A model generated the notes under the pieces. It did no database searches. It was not told where the DNA came from and was given only the letters and a program-made list of their open reading frames with translations. From contig JAXHLR010000004.1 in NCBI GenBank assembly GCA_034521975.1, forward strand, positions 248,165 to 272,164: a DNA stretch of 24,000 nucleotides, written 5' to 3'. Source of the stretch: Acidimicrobiales bacterium. Its GTDB lineage: Bacteria > Actinomycetota > Acidimicrobiia > Acidimicrobiales > SKKL01. The first letter of the stretch is position 1. Every line of letters begins with the position of its first letter. The translations under genes were made by a program, and so were the position numbers. Shown one piece after another: positions 1 to 8,376 of this stretch.

Positions 1-24
1 ACGGGGGCGCTACGTCCTCGAACC

Positions 25-384
25 GTGATCCTCGCCACCGCGCTGGTGCCCTATCGTGAGACGATGGGCCCTGAGCTGAACCGGCGTCCCGATGGTCTCA
101 CCGCCGACCCCGACGAGTCTCTCGAATCGTTCCGCGCCAGCATCGACAACATCGACGCGGCGATCATCCACTTGCTGGCCGAGCGGTTCAAGATCACCCG
201 CCGGGTGGGCGAGTACAAGCGTCGCCACGACCTGTCGCCCGCCGATCCCGAGCGCGAGACCCAACAGATCGAACGGCTCCGAGCCCTGGCCCAGGACGCC
301 GACCTCGATCCCGAGTTCGGCGAGGCCGTGATCCGGTTCATCATCTCCGAGGTGATCCGCCACCACGAGAAGGGCCGTTCCTGA
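25..384 (+). CDS. Chorismate mutase, AroQ class (small monofunctional)
   Basis: The 119-aa ORF has the typical AroQ helical pattern (LESFRASIDNIDAAIIHLLAERFKITRRVGEYKR ... IERLRALA ... VIRFIISEVIRHH). The start is uncertain: GTG at 25 or in-frame ATG at 64. Confidence 0.8.
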   Translation: MILATALVPYRETMGPELNRRPDGLTADPDESLESFRASIDNIDAAIIHLLAERFKITRRVGEYKRRHDLSPADPERETQQIERLRALAQDADLDPEFGEAVIRFIISEVIRHHEKGRS

Positions 385-414
385 AGCGGGACCGACCACG
401 CTCCCGGGTCAGGG

Positions 415-924
415 TCAGGCCGCGGAATCCACCGGCGTGGCGATGCGATTGCTGATGTCGGCGCAGTCGGCACAGACTGCCTCGGGGACGACGCCGAGGC
501 GCATCAGCAGCGCGAAGATGCGACAACCCAGGCACAGGGCGAACACCGCTTCGAGTCCGGCGGCGGCGACGAGGCCGGCGATGAGCACCGTGGCCGCACC
601 GGTGGCACCGGCGAGGTGCGCGACCAGCGCGCCCACGCTGAACACCGCACCGATCGACTGAGCGAAGCGCTTGGGTGGCCCGGGCACCAGCTTGGTTCGA
701 TGCGGCAGGCGGGGAGCGATCACCCGGGTCGCGAGCAGTCCCAAGGGGCTGAACCGGGGTCCGCTGGCGACGCGAGCGACGAAGCCGTAGGCCAACACCA
801 CCAGCACGGCGGGGTGGCCCGTGACGAGGTAGAGCACCGACAGGACGACCACCCCGGCGGCGACGGCGCGAGCCGCGACCTCGTTGACGGGGTTGGGGAA
901 AGTGAAGAACCGAGCCACGACCAA
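415..924 (-). CDS. DUF4395-family membrane protein with two C-terminal CxxC motifs
   Basis: The N-terminus FFTFPNPVNEVAAR and several hydrophobic segments match my memory of DUF4395. CLGC (C131/C134) and CADC (C151/C154) are present. The ORF starts at TTG 924. GTG at 918 has a better-spaced AAGG and may be the true start. Confidence 0.7.
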   Translation of the reverse strand: MVVARFFTFPNPVNEVAARAVAAGVVVLSVLYLVTGHPAVLVVLAYGFVARVASGPRFSPLGLLATRVIAPRLPHRTKLVPGPPKRFAQSIGAVFSVGALVAHLAGATGAATVLIAGLVAAAGLEAVFALCLGCRIFALLMRLGVVPEAVCADCADISNRIATPVDSAA

Positions 925-951
925 TACCTTACCAAGCTGGTCGGGATTCGG

Positions 952-2664
952 CTACCCGGGGTCCCGGCCGGGAACCGGCTCGTCCTCGGTGATGATCGAA
1001 CGCCGAGCGGCACGGGCGATGCGACGACACCCGCCATGGGCCCGGCGAAGCCCCTCGACGAGCTCGACCTCGACGCTGTAGGCCGCGACCCGCTGGGGTT
1101 CGGGTGCAGCCAGGCGCTCGGCCAGGTGGCTGATCATGACCTCCTCGAGATCCTTGAACCGGGCCTTGGAGTCGACCACCCGATCGGCGGCTGCCGCATC
1201 GCGCTCGCCGAGGGCGGCCAGCGAGTCGTCGATGGCGCCGATCACGACTCCGTGCAGCTCACCCAGGATCGCCATGGTCTGCTCGCTGACCGACACCCGG
1301 CCGCCCAGCCGGGCCCGACCGGTCGCCACCAGGTTGGTCTCGACCAGGTCGGCCAGCTGCTCCAGCTCGTTGGCCATCTCCAGCAGGCCGAGCAGCTCTC
1401 CCCGCTGGTCGTCGTCGAGCGGTCCGCGGCTGACCTCGCGCAGGTAGTCGACCAGCGCGGCGTGGGAATCGTCGACCCAGTCGTCCATGGCTTCGAGATC
1501 ATCGAGCTGGTTCTTGGTGCCGCCGGTGGCGACGGGCAGCGCACGTTCGACCATGTCACGGACCCACATGCCCACCTGCAGCGTCGCCCGTCGGGCGCTC
1601 TCCAGTGCCAGCACCGGCGTGCCGACCGCTCCCCAGTCGAGCGCGAGCGGTTCGTGCACCTCCGGCGCGGCGGGCCCGACCGTCTCGGGGACCACCCGGC
1701 GGGCGAAGCGGACGACCGGACCGAGCAGCACCAGGAACACCACGGTGTTGACGGCGTGGAAGACGGTGGCCGCGTGGGCGATCTGGCGGGGCGTGGCCCC
1801 CGGCCCCTCACCCCCCGACACCGCGGGCGACGGGCTCAACCAGGTCACCACCGAAGCGATCTCGGCGATGAGCACCACCGCGACGAGCGCCCCGACGGTG
1901 TTGACGACCACGTGCACCACCGCCGCTCTCACCGCGTCGGGCGGACGGCCGATCGCGGCGAGCAGCGCGGTGACACAGGTTCCGATGGCGGCACCGAGCA
2001 CGATGGCGATGCCGGTCTCGAGCCCGACCAGACCCTGGGCGGCCATCACCACGACGATGCCGGTGGTGGCGCTCGACGACTGCACGAGCGCGGTGAAGCC
2101 CGCTCCCGCCAACAACGCCATGAGCGGCGTCTGGTCGTCGGCCAACAGGTCGAGGAACGGCTGATAGGAGCCGAGGGGCTCCATGGCCTCGGACATGACC
2201 CCCAGGCCGAAGAACACGAACCCGAGGCCGGCGACCATCGCTCCGAGCTGACGCCACTGCTCGCGATCGGCCACCGCGCCGACGAGGGCTCCGATGCCGA
2301 GCATCCCGAGCGCGTAGCGGGTGACGTCGAACGCGATGACCTGGGCGGTGACGGTGGTGCCGAGGTGCGAGCCGACGATGACCGACGACGCCTGGGTGAG
2401 CGACAGCAGGTTGGCCGAGACGAAGCCGACGACCAGGACGCTGGTGACCGACGACGACTGGATCACCGCGGTCACCCCCGCTCCGGTTGCGGCGCCGGCG
2501 ATCCGGTTCGAGGACAGGCGAGCGAGGGCACCCCGGAGGCGGTCTCCCGCGATCGTCTTGAGCGACGCCGTGACCCGCCCCATGCCGATGAGGAACAGGG
2601 CAAGCCCCCCGGCCAGTCCCATGACGAGGGACAACCAATCGAGCTGGGAGACGGTGTCGGGCAC
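952..2664 (-). CDS. Na/Pi cotransporter family protein with C-terminal PhoU-like domain
   Basis: The 570-aa ORF has the duplicated QSSSATT/QSSSVTS motif typical of Na/Pi cotransporter (NptA/YjbB-like) membrane repeats. A helical soluble C-terminal half follows. GTG start at 2664. Confidence 0.85.
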   Translation of the reverse strand: MPDTVSQLDWLSLVMGLAGGLALFLIGMGRVTASLKTIAGDRLRGALARLSSNRIAGAATGAGVTAVIQSSSVTSVLVVGFVSANLLSLTQASSVIVGSHLGTTVTAQVIAFDVTRYALGMLGIGALVGAVADREQWRQLGAMVAGLGFVFFGLGVMSEAMEPLGSYQPFLDLLADDQTPLMALLAGAGFTALVQSSSATTGIVVVMAAQGLVGLETGIAIVLGAAIGTCVTALLAAIGRPPDAVRAAVVHVVVNTVGALVAVVLIAEIASVVTWLSPSPAVSGGEGPGATPRQIAHAATVFHAVNTVVFLVLLGPVVRFARRVVPETVGPAAPEVHEPLALDWGAVGTPVLALESARRATLQVGMWVRDMVERALPVATGGTKNQLDDLEAMDDWVDDSHAALVDYLREVSRGPLDDDQRGELLGLLEMANELEQLADLVETNLVATGRARLGGRVSVSEQTMAILGELHGVVIGAIDDSLAALGERDAAAADRVVDSKARFKDLEEVMISHLAERLAAPEPQRVAAYSVEVELVEGLRRAHGGCRRIARAARRSIITEDEPVPGRDPG

Positions 2665-2698
2665 GGGTCAATCGTGCCATCCGACAGCAGCGGAGGGC

Positions 2699-3547
2699 TC
2701 AGGTGCGGGCGAGCAGCGTCCGGTCAGCGAGCGGTGCGTCGAGCTCGATGGTGTGGGCGACCTCGACGGCCATGGCGACACAGATTTCGTCGAGGGCGTC
2801 GGGTGGCGTTCCCGCGAGCACCTCGACCACCACGGTGGTGTCGTCCTCGATGACAGTGACCGAGTGCAGCACCCAGCAGGGCTCGACCCCGCCCCACAGG
2901 TGCAGCTCGACGGTGGCCTCCCCCACCAGGACCGCCCGGTGCGGCACCACCGGGTGCTGCCGGACCGCCTCGGGATCGATCGGTGCGCGAGGCACCTCGA
3001 AGCCATCCGCCGGCACGACCTCGATCGCTTCCTCGGTGACGGTGGTGGGATCCGCATCTGTGGTGGATGGCGGCGGGGCGGGTTCGGACAAGGTGGGCTG
3101 CAACCCGTCGGGACCGCGGCGATGCCCCGTGAGCACCACCGGGTCGTCGGACCAGGAGACCGAGCCCTCGCGGGAGAGCTCGTCGCCGGCAGCCCGAAGC
3201 TGGTCGAGCATGGCGGCTCCGTCGACGATGAACATCACCTCACCCGCGCACTGGGGCGGATGCGACTCGGCCAGCTCCGAACAGAGCCGGTAGGCATCGC
3301 CGTCGGAGTGCTCGCCGACGACGTAGGCCTCGACGCTGACCACGGTGCCGTCCGGGACCTCGAGCGCGGTGGAAATGTCGAGCGCATCCGATCCCGGACC
3401 GTCTGCCGCCGCGTCGTCGGTCGCGTCGTCGGTCGGTCCATCACCGTCAGGCTCGGCCGCGTCAGGATCGGAGCCGCCGCATCCTGCGGCGACCGACACG
3501 ACGACCAGGGCGATGGCCACCAACCGGATCGGGCCACGGGTGGGCAT
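2699..3547 (-). CDS. Hypothetical lipoprotein
   Basis: This is the in-frame Met at 3547 inside the 642-aa track ORF. The N-terminus MPTRGPIRLVAIALVVVSVAAGCGG is a signal peptide with a lipobox (AAGC). An acidic linker and two globular regions follow. The upstream part of the track ORF is antisense to the DUF389 gene. Confidence 0.6.
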   Translation of the reverse strand: MPTRGPIRLVAIALVVVSVAAGCGGSDPDAAEPDGDGPTDDATDDAAADGPGSDALDISTALEVPDGTVVSVEAYVVGEHSDGDAYRLCSELAESHPPQCAGEVMFIVDGAAMLDQLRAAGDELSREGSVSWSDDPVVLTGHRRGPDGLQPTLSEPAPPPSTTDADPTTVTEEAIEVVPADGFEVPRAPIDPEAVRQHPVVPHRAVLVGEATVELHLWGGVEPCWVLHSVTVIEDDTTVVVEVLAGTPPDALDEICVAMAVEVAHTIELDAPLADRTLLART

Positions 3548-3636
3548 GTGGTTCGCTCCTGCACGTCGAGTCGTTGCCCACACCGTAGCCAGGGTCGTCG
3601 GCTCGCCGGCTCCGCGCTGCCAGGCCGACCGCGATG

Positions 3637-3642
3637 TAGGTT
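3637..3642 (+). promoter_or_regulatory. Candidate -10 hexamer TAGGTT placed 7 nt before the ATG of the DUF389 gene (leaderless-type arrangement)
   Basis: TAGGTT fits the actinobacterial TANNNT -10 pattern. There is no Shine-Dalgarno sequence between it and ATG 3650. Confidence 0.35.
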
Positions 3643-3649
3643 CACTCAG

Positions 3650-5101
3650 ATGGCCAGTGCCGCCCCGGGGCCCGACGCGCCTGACAAGACCGTTGGCGAC
3701 GGCGAGGACGAGGACGAGGACGAGAACGGGACCCACGCCGCGGGCTCCGGCGACGGACCCCCACCCGACACCGGGCTCGAAGGGCGCGAGGACGACGAGC
3801 CGAGCACCGCCCTGGGCAGGATCGTCGAGTGGTGGCGGACCCGACACCAGGGAACCACCCCTGAGGAGCGGCGGCGGGTCATCGACACCATGTTCACCAC
3901 CGGCGGTGGCACCAAGACGGGGCGCTTCTGGGCGTTGCAGGCCCTGGCGATGGTCATCGCCACCATGGGCATGTCGGCCAACTCGGCAGCGGTGGTCATC
4001 GGCGCGATGCTGGTGGCACCGCTGATGATCCCGATCATGGCGGTGGCGACGTCGCTGGCGCTGGGGTGGCCGCAACGGGCGATCGTGCCCCTGATCGGGG
4101 TGGCGGCTGCATCGGCCGGATCGGTGGTCCTGGCGTTCGCCATGCACTCGCTGGTCGCCGCACCCACCGTCACCGAGGAGATCCTGGCCCGCACCAGTCC
4201 CGACCTTCGGGACCTGTTCATCGCGCTCGCGGCAGGGGCGGCAGGCGCGCTCGGCACCGCCCGAGAGGACGTGTCGGCATCGCTGCCAGGCGTCGCGGTC
4301 GCGGTCGCTCTCGTGCCGCCGCTGGCGGCGATCGGCATGTGCCTGGAGATGGGTGAGATCGACCTGGCGAGCGGCGCGTTCCTGCTCTTCGCCACCAACC
4401 TGGTGGCGATCGTCCTGGCCGGCATCCTCGTGCTGTTGTGGTTCGGATTCGTGCCCGCCCGGCTGCTCGAGCGGGGACGCGTTGCGGTCTGGGGTGGGGC
4501 CACCGCGACCCTTGCCGCGCTGGTGGTGGTCGGTGTGCCGCTCACCATCCGCACCGTGGAGGCCGCCGAGATCGCCGAGAACAACCGTGCTGTCACCGAG
4601 GCCGTCATCGGGTGGCTCGATGATCAACCCCAGATGGAGCTGACCGATCTCAGCGTGAGCGAGACACGGGTCAGGGTCGAGGTGTCCGGGCCCAGCGAGC
4701 CGGTCGAGGTCGCCGGCCTCTCCCGCCGGATCCAGAGCATCCTCTCCGACGAGGCGAGGACCACGGTTCGCTGGTCGGTGGGCTCCACGGCGGGGGGCGA
4801 CGAGGACAGCGGCGAGCGTGAGCTGGTCGATCGCCGCTCGGCGATCGCGGCGGCGGCCCGTCAGGTGTCCGGCGACGAGGTGGAGGTCGAGGCGGTGCGC
4901 TTCGGCGAAGCCGACGACGGCTCGACCTACGAGGTGGTGCTCGACCTCGCAGGCGAGGACCCGCCCGAAGACCCGGAGGCACTGGTGCTGGCCGTCCTCG
5001 AGGCCACTGCCGGGCTCGACGGCTTCGTCGACGACCCCGAGATCGTGATCCGCTTCACCGAACGTCGGGTCCTCCCGACGGCATCACTCACCGCAGAGTG
5101 A
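3650..5101 (+). CDS. DUF389 (TIGR00341-like) membrane protein with acidic N-terminal tail and soluble C-terminal extension
   Basis: The ATG at 3650 is in frame within the 926-aa track ORF. The core FWALQALAMVIATMGMSANSAAVVIGAMLVAPLM ... LPGVAVAVALVPPLAAIGMCL matches the DUF389 repeat architecture. Everything upstream of 3650 in that ORF is antisense to other genes. Confidence 0.8.
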   Translation: MASAAPGPDAPDKTVGDGEDEDEDENGTHAAGSGDGPPPDTGLEGREDDEPSTALGRIVEWWRTRHQGTTPEERRRVIDTMFTTGGGTKTGRFWALQALAMVIATMGMSANSAAVVIGAMLVAPLMIPIMAVATSLALGWPQRAIVPLIGVAAASAGSVVLAFAMHSLVAAPTVTEEILARTSPDLRDLFIALAAGAAGALGTAREDVSASLPGVAVAVALVPPLAAIGMCLEMGEIDLASGAFLLFATNLVAIVLAGILVLLWFGFVPARLLERGRVAVWGGATATLAALVVVGVPLTIRTVEAAEIAENNRAVTEAVIGWLDDQPQMELTDLSVSETRVRVEVSGPSEPVEVAGLSRRIQSILSDEARTTVRWSVGSTAGGDEDSGERELVDRRSAIAAAARQVSGDEVEVEAVRFGEADDGSTYEVVLDLAGEDPPEDPEALVLAVLEATAGLDGFVDDPEIVIRFTERRVLPTASLTAE

Positions 5102-5846
5102 GGTCGCCGAGGTCCACGTCGCCGGCCTCGGAGATCGCCAACAAGGGGGTGACGCTGGCCCACCGGTGGGCCAGCATGGCCGCGTCGCTGTCGGGCTCGG
5201 CGGTGACGTCGACCTCGCGGTACTCGAGGCGCACGTACCCGTGGCCACGCTCGCTGACCTTGGTCTGCACCGCGCCGAAGGTGGCCAGCGGCGCCCGGCG
5301 CAGTCCACGCACGGCGTCGGCGCCCACGTTGGGCACGTTGAGGTTGAGCACCACCGGCGTGTCGTGTCGCATCAACCATCGCACCAGTGGCTCGGCCATC
5401 CCGGTGGCGGTCTCCCAGTGCCACAGGTCGCCACCGGTGTCGAGCGACACCGCCAGCGCCGGACGACCGAAGGCACGGGCGGTGAAGGCAGCACCCACCG
5501 TTCCCGAGTGCAGCACGGCGTGTCCGGTGTTGGCGCCCTGGTTGATCCCAGACAGGACCAGGTCGGGTTCGGGACCGAAGGCACCGTGCACCGCGGCGCG
5601 GACGATGAGCGCCGGCGCGGCCTGCACCGCCAGCACCCGGGCCGGTTCGAGCCCCTCGATCGTTCGGGACTCGGTCACGATGTGGCCGTGGTCCTCCACC
5701 GCGCCGAGCGACGCGCTGGCCCCGCTGCTCTCCCGGCTCGGCGCCGCCACCACCACGTCCAGTCCGAGGTCGAGCGCCAGGCGGGCCAGCGCATGGAGCC
5801 CGGCGCTGTCGATGCCGTCGTCGTTGGTGATGAGTGCCCGGGTCAT
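5088..5846 (-). CDS. surE: 5'/3'-nucleotidase SurE
   Basis: The N-terminus ALITNDDGIDSAGL and the later SGINQGANTG ... HSGTVGAA are the classic SurE motifs. The 3' end overlaps the DUF389 3' end by 14 bp (convergent). Confidence 0.9.
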   Translation of the reverse strand: MTRALITNDDGIDSAGLHALARLALDLGLDVVVAAPSRESSGASASLGAVEDHGHIVTESRTIEGLEPARVLAVQAAPALIVRAAVHGAFGPEPDLVLSGINQGANTGHAVLHSGTVGAAFTARAFGRPALAVSLDTGGDLWHWETATGMAEPLVRWLMRHDTPVVLNLNVPNVGADAVRGLRRAPLATFGAVQTKVSERGHGYVRLEYREVDVTAEPDSDAAMLAHRWASVTPLLAISEAGDVDLGDLTLR

Positions 5847-6826
5847 CGATCCAGCTCCGTGATGGTGACGTGGCGGGCCAGCAGCTCGATCTCGCGGCGG
5901 CTGCCGCTGCCCATCCCCCGCCGGGCGACGTTGAGCGTCCCTGCGGCGGACCCGAGCCGGACCGCGTCGGCGAGCGAGCTGCCACGGGCCAGGGCCGAGA
6001 CCATGCCCGCGGTGAACGAGTCGCCTGCTCCGCGAGGATCGACCGGGTCGAGATGTGGCGTGTGGATCTCGTGCGGGGTGCCGTCGAGCAGCACCAGCGC
6101 GGGGCGTTCGGCCCTGGTCACCACCACCGCCTCCGCACCTTCGGAGGCGAGCCGACGGGCGACGGCGACCAGCTCGTCCACCGAGGTCTCCTCGACGTCT
6201 CCGCAGGCGAGGAGGTCCTCGTCGCTGACCTTCACCAGGTCGAGCCCGCCACGGACCGCGGCGGCAAGCGTCGGGCCCGACAGGTCGGCGACCACCGTCA
6301 CCGAGTTGGCCCGCAGGTCACGGGCCAGGCGCGTGTAGACCTCGGTGGGGATCAGCTCGGGCACATCGCCACGGGCCATCGCCGAGGTCTCCGGGCCACC
6401 GAGCACCGCCGTTCCCGCATCGATGCCGGCAACGACTGCGGTGCCGTAGAGCTCGTCGACCTCGTGGCGGGTGCGGCTGGATGCGTCGGTCTCGGCGATG
6501 GGGAGGCGGGTGCCGGATCGGCGGTCGTGGATGTAGACACCGTTCGCCCCGGCGGCCTGGACCGCCCGCAGGTCGAAGTCCCACTCCGCGACCAGGGCCT
6601 GCACGACGCCGCCGCTCTCTCCCCCGAACGAGGCGCAGAGCACCACGTCGGTGTCGAGGCTGGCGAGGAGGCGCGCGATCCACACCCCCTGGCCGCCGGG
6701 GTGCAGATGCACCTCCTCCTGCTGGGCGCCCGCTTCGACGGTGATGGTGAGCAACGGCGCGGGAGCCAGCACCGCGACCGACGGCGACGCGGTGGGAGAG
6801 GACACTCCCCCAGGGTGTTCGGGCAT
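5843..6826 (-). CDS. PfkB-family carbohydrate kinase (1-phosphofructokinase/tagatose-6-P kinase-like)
   Basis: HPGGQGVWIA (GG motif) and DPRGAGDSFTAGMV (PfkB signature 2) are present. I chose ATG 6826 because GGAG lies 6 nt upstream; the track ORF extends to 6913. The stop overlaps the surE start by 4 bp. Confidence 0.85.
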   Translation of the reverse strand: MPEHPGGVSSPTASPSVAVLAPAPLLTITVEAGAQQEEVHLHPGGQGVWIARLLASLDTDVVLCASFGGESGGVVQALVAEWDFDLRAVQAAGANGVYIHDRRSGTRLPIAETDASSRTRHEVDELYGTAVVAGIDAGTAVLGGPETSAMARGDVPELIPTEVYTRLARDLRANSVTVVADLSGPTLAAAVRGGLDLVKVSDEDLLACGDVEETSVDELVAVARRLASEGAEAVVVTRAERPALVLLDGTPHEIHTPHLDPVDPRGAGDSFTAGMVSALARGSSLADAVRLGSAAGTLNVARRGMGSGSRREIELLARHVTITELDR

Positions 6827-6929
6827 GACACGCTCCGGTCGTTGCGATGGGCGTCGGACTCCACGATGCGCCGCCCCCGCGAGCGCGGCAAGTCCACGGC
6901 GTCGGTTGCCCACCCGGGACGACCTTCCC

Positions 6930-6935
6930 TACATT
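6930..6935 (+). promoter_or_regulatory. Candidate -10 hexamer TACATT placed 7 nt before the GTG of the GntR gene (leaderless-type arrangement)
   Basis: TACATT fits TANNNT. No SD follows it. GTG 6943 gives a sensible GntR N-terminus. Confidence 0.35.
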
Positions 6936-6942
6936 CGGGGCG

Positions 6943-7704
6943 GTGACGATCGACCGGTCGGGCTCGGAACCCCTGTGGACCCAGGTCCTGGCCGATCTCC
7001 GTCGTCGGATCGATGCCGGCGAGCTCCGCGACACCTTTCCCACCGATCTGGAGCTGACCGAGCACTACGGGGTGTCGCGGCACACCGTTCGCGAAGCGGT
7101 GAGGCACCTGAGCGCCGAGGGCATCATCAGCCGCGAACGGGGACGGGGCACCTTCATCACCAGCCCCACCATCGAACAGGCCACCGGCGCGATCTACAGC
7201 CTCTACCGCTCGATCGAGGAGTCGGGACTGCGCCAGCGCAGCGAGGTGCTCGACCTGTCGGTGGTGACCGATGCCGAGATCGCCGACCGGCTCGACCTGG
7301 ATGCGACCGATCCACTCGTGCGGCTCGAGCGGGTCCGGTTCGCCGGCGACGATCCACTGGCGCACGACACCGCGTGGCTGCCGGCGTCGATCGCCCGGCC
7401 CCTGCTGTCGGTCGACTTCGCCGACACCGCGCTCTACGACGAGCTGTCGGCCCGCTGCGGGGTGCGCCCCTCCTCGGGCACCGAGTGGATCAACACCGAG
7501 GTGCCCTCCCCGACCGAGCAGGGCTTGCTCCGCATCGACGAGCAGACGGCGGTGTTCCGGATCTGTCGGTCGAGCCGTGCGGGCGACCGGGCGATCGAGT
7601 GGCGCGAGACGCTGGTGCGGGGCGATCGCTACACCTTCGTGGCCAACTGGTCGCCGACCGGCACCTACCAGGCGGTGCTCACCGCCGGCGACCACCCCCG
7701 CTGA
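6943..7704 (+). CDS. GntR-family transcriptional regulator, HutC/UTRA subfamily
   Basis: The wHTH is LPSEL-like (FPTDLELTEHYGVSRHTVREAVRHLSAEGIISRERGRGTFI), followed by a UTRA-like effector domain. The track ORF starts at 6847, but the first 32 aa look non-coding and overlap the kinase promoter region. Confidence 0.85.
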   Translation: MTIDRSGSEPLWTQVLADLRRRIDAGELRDTFPTDLELTEHYGVSRHTVREAVRHLSAEGIISRERGRGTFITSPTIEQATGAIYSLYRSIEESGLRQRSEVLDLSVVTDAEIADRLDLDATDPLVRLERVRFAGDDPLAHDTAWLPASIARPLLSVDFADTALYDELSARCGVRPSSGTEWINTEVPSPTEQGLLRIDEQTAVFRICRSSRAGDRAIEWRETLVRGDRYTFVANWSPTGTYQAVLTAGDHPR

Positions 7705-7737
7705 GTCCTGGGATCAAGCAGCAGGTCAAGCGGCGGG

Positions 7738-8376
7738 TCAGGTGCCGGGACCGACGGCGACGACGAGTGAGTCGATGGCGGTGCGGGGCCCGTCGTCGGT
7801 GTCGACGACGCGATGGACGGTTTCGACGAGTGTGGTGCGGAGCCCGGGATCGGATCGGGTGAGGTGGGCCGCCACGGCGTCGGGGACGTGGAGCACCTCG
7901 GGCTGCTGGGGCCCGCCGTGGCCCCCCTCGAGGTTGTCGAGGTGGTGGCCGATGACCAGGATCGTGCCACCGGGAGCGAGCAGGGTCGCGGCCCGGGCGA
8001 GGGCGACGGCCAGCTGGTCATCGGGCAGCTGCAGGTAGGCGACCACGATGAGGTCGAACGGTTCGACCCCATCGCCGTCGGGGTCGAACCCGTCGCCGGT
8101 GACGGCGTCGGCCACGCGCAGGTCGATGGTGACGCCACGGTGCTCGGCGATCCGGCGGGCCTTGTCGATGGCAACGTCGGAGAAGTCGGTGGCGACCACG
8201 TCCCAACCCTGCTCGGCCAGCCACACGGCGTTGCGTCCCTCGCCGCAGGCCACGTCGAGCGCACGCCCGGGGGTCAACCCGGCCGTGTGCTCGACCACGA
8301 ACTGGTTCGGTCCGGCGGACCAGACCAGCTCGCGCTGGCGATAGCGGTCGTTCCAGGCCTGATGATCCATGCTCAC
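7738..8376 (-). CDS. Class I SAM-dependent methyltransferase (TehB-like)
   Basis: Motif I is ALDVACGEGRNAVWLAEQG, followed by an acidic post-I residue (ATDFS). The start is GTG 8376, which overlaps the upstream stop as GTGA, or ATG 8370, which lies 2 nt after that stop. Confidence 0.8.
   Translation of the reverse strand: MSMDHQAWNDRYRQRELVWSAGPNQFVVEHTAGLTPGRALDVACGEGRNAVWLAEQGWDVVATDFSDVAIDKARRIAEHRGVTIDLRVADAVTGDGFDPDGDGVEPFDLIVVAYLQLPDDQLAVALARAATLLAPGGTILVIGHHLDNLEGGHGGPQQPEVLHVPDAVAAHLTRSDPGLRTTLVETVHRVVDTDDGPRTAIDSLVVAVGPGT

Noticed and set aside
616-2853. A 745-aa plus-strand ORF.
   Set aside because: It is entirely antisense to the well-supported Na/Pi cotransporter gene. The translation is dominated by Arg, Gly, Asp, His and Pro with no motifs, which is the typical high-GC shadow ORF.
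3548-4627. The N-terminal 360 aa of the 642-aa minus-strand ORF.
   Set aside because: It is antisense to the DUF389 gene and is Arg/His/Gly-rich. A proper signal peptide plus lipobox begins at the internal Met at 3547.
2321-5101. A 926-aa plus-strand ORF taken as one gene.
   Set aside because: Only the part from ATG 3650 onward looks like protein (DUF389). The upstream 443 codons are antisense to the Na/Pi cotransporter and lipoprotein genes and are compositionally junk.
6352-7695. A 447-aa minus-strand ORF.
   Set aside because: It is a shadow ORF opposite the GntR gene and the 5' part of the kinase gene. It has no motifs.
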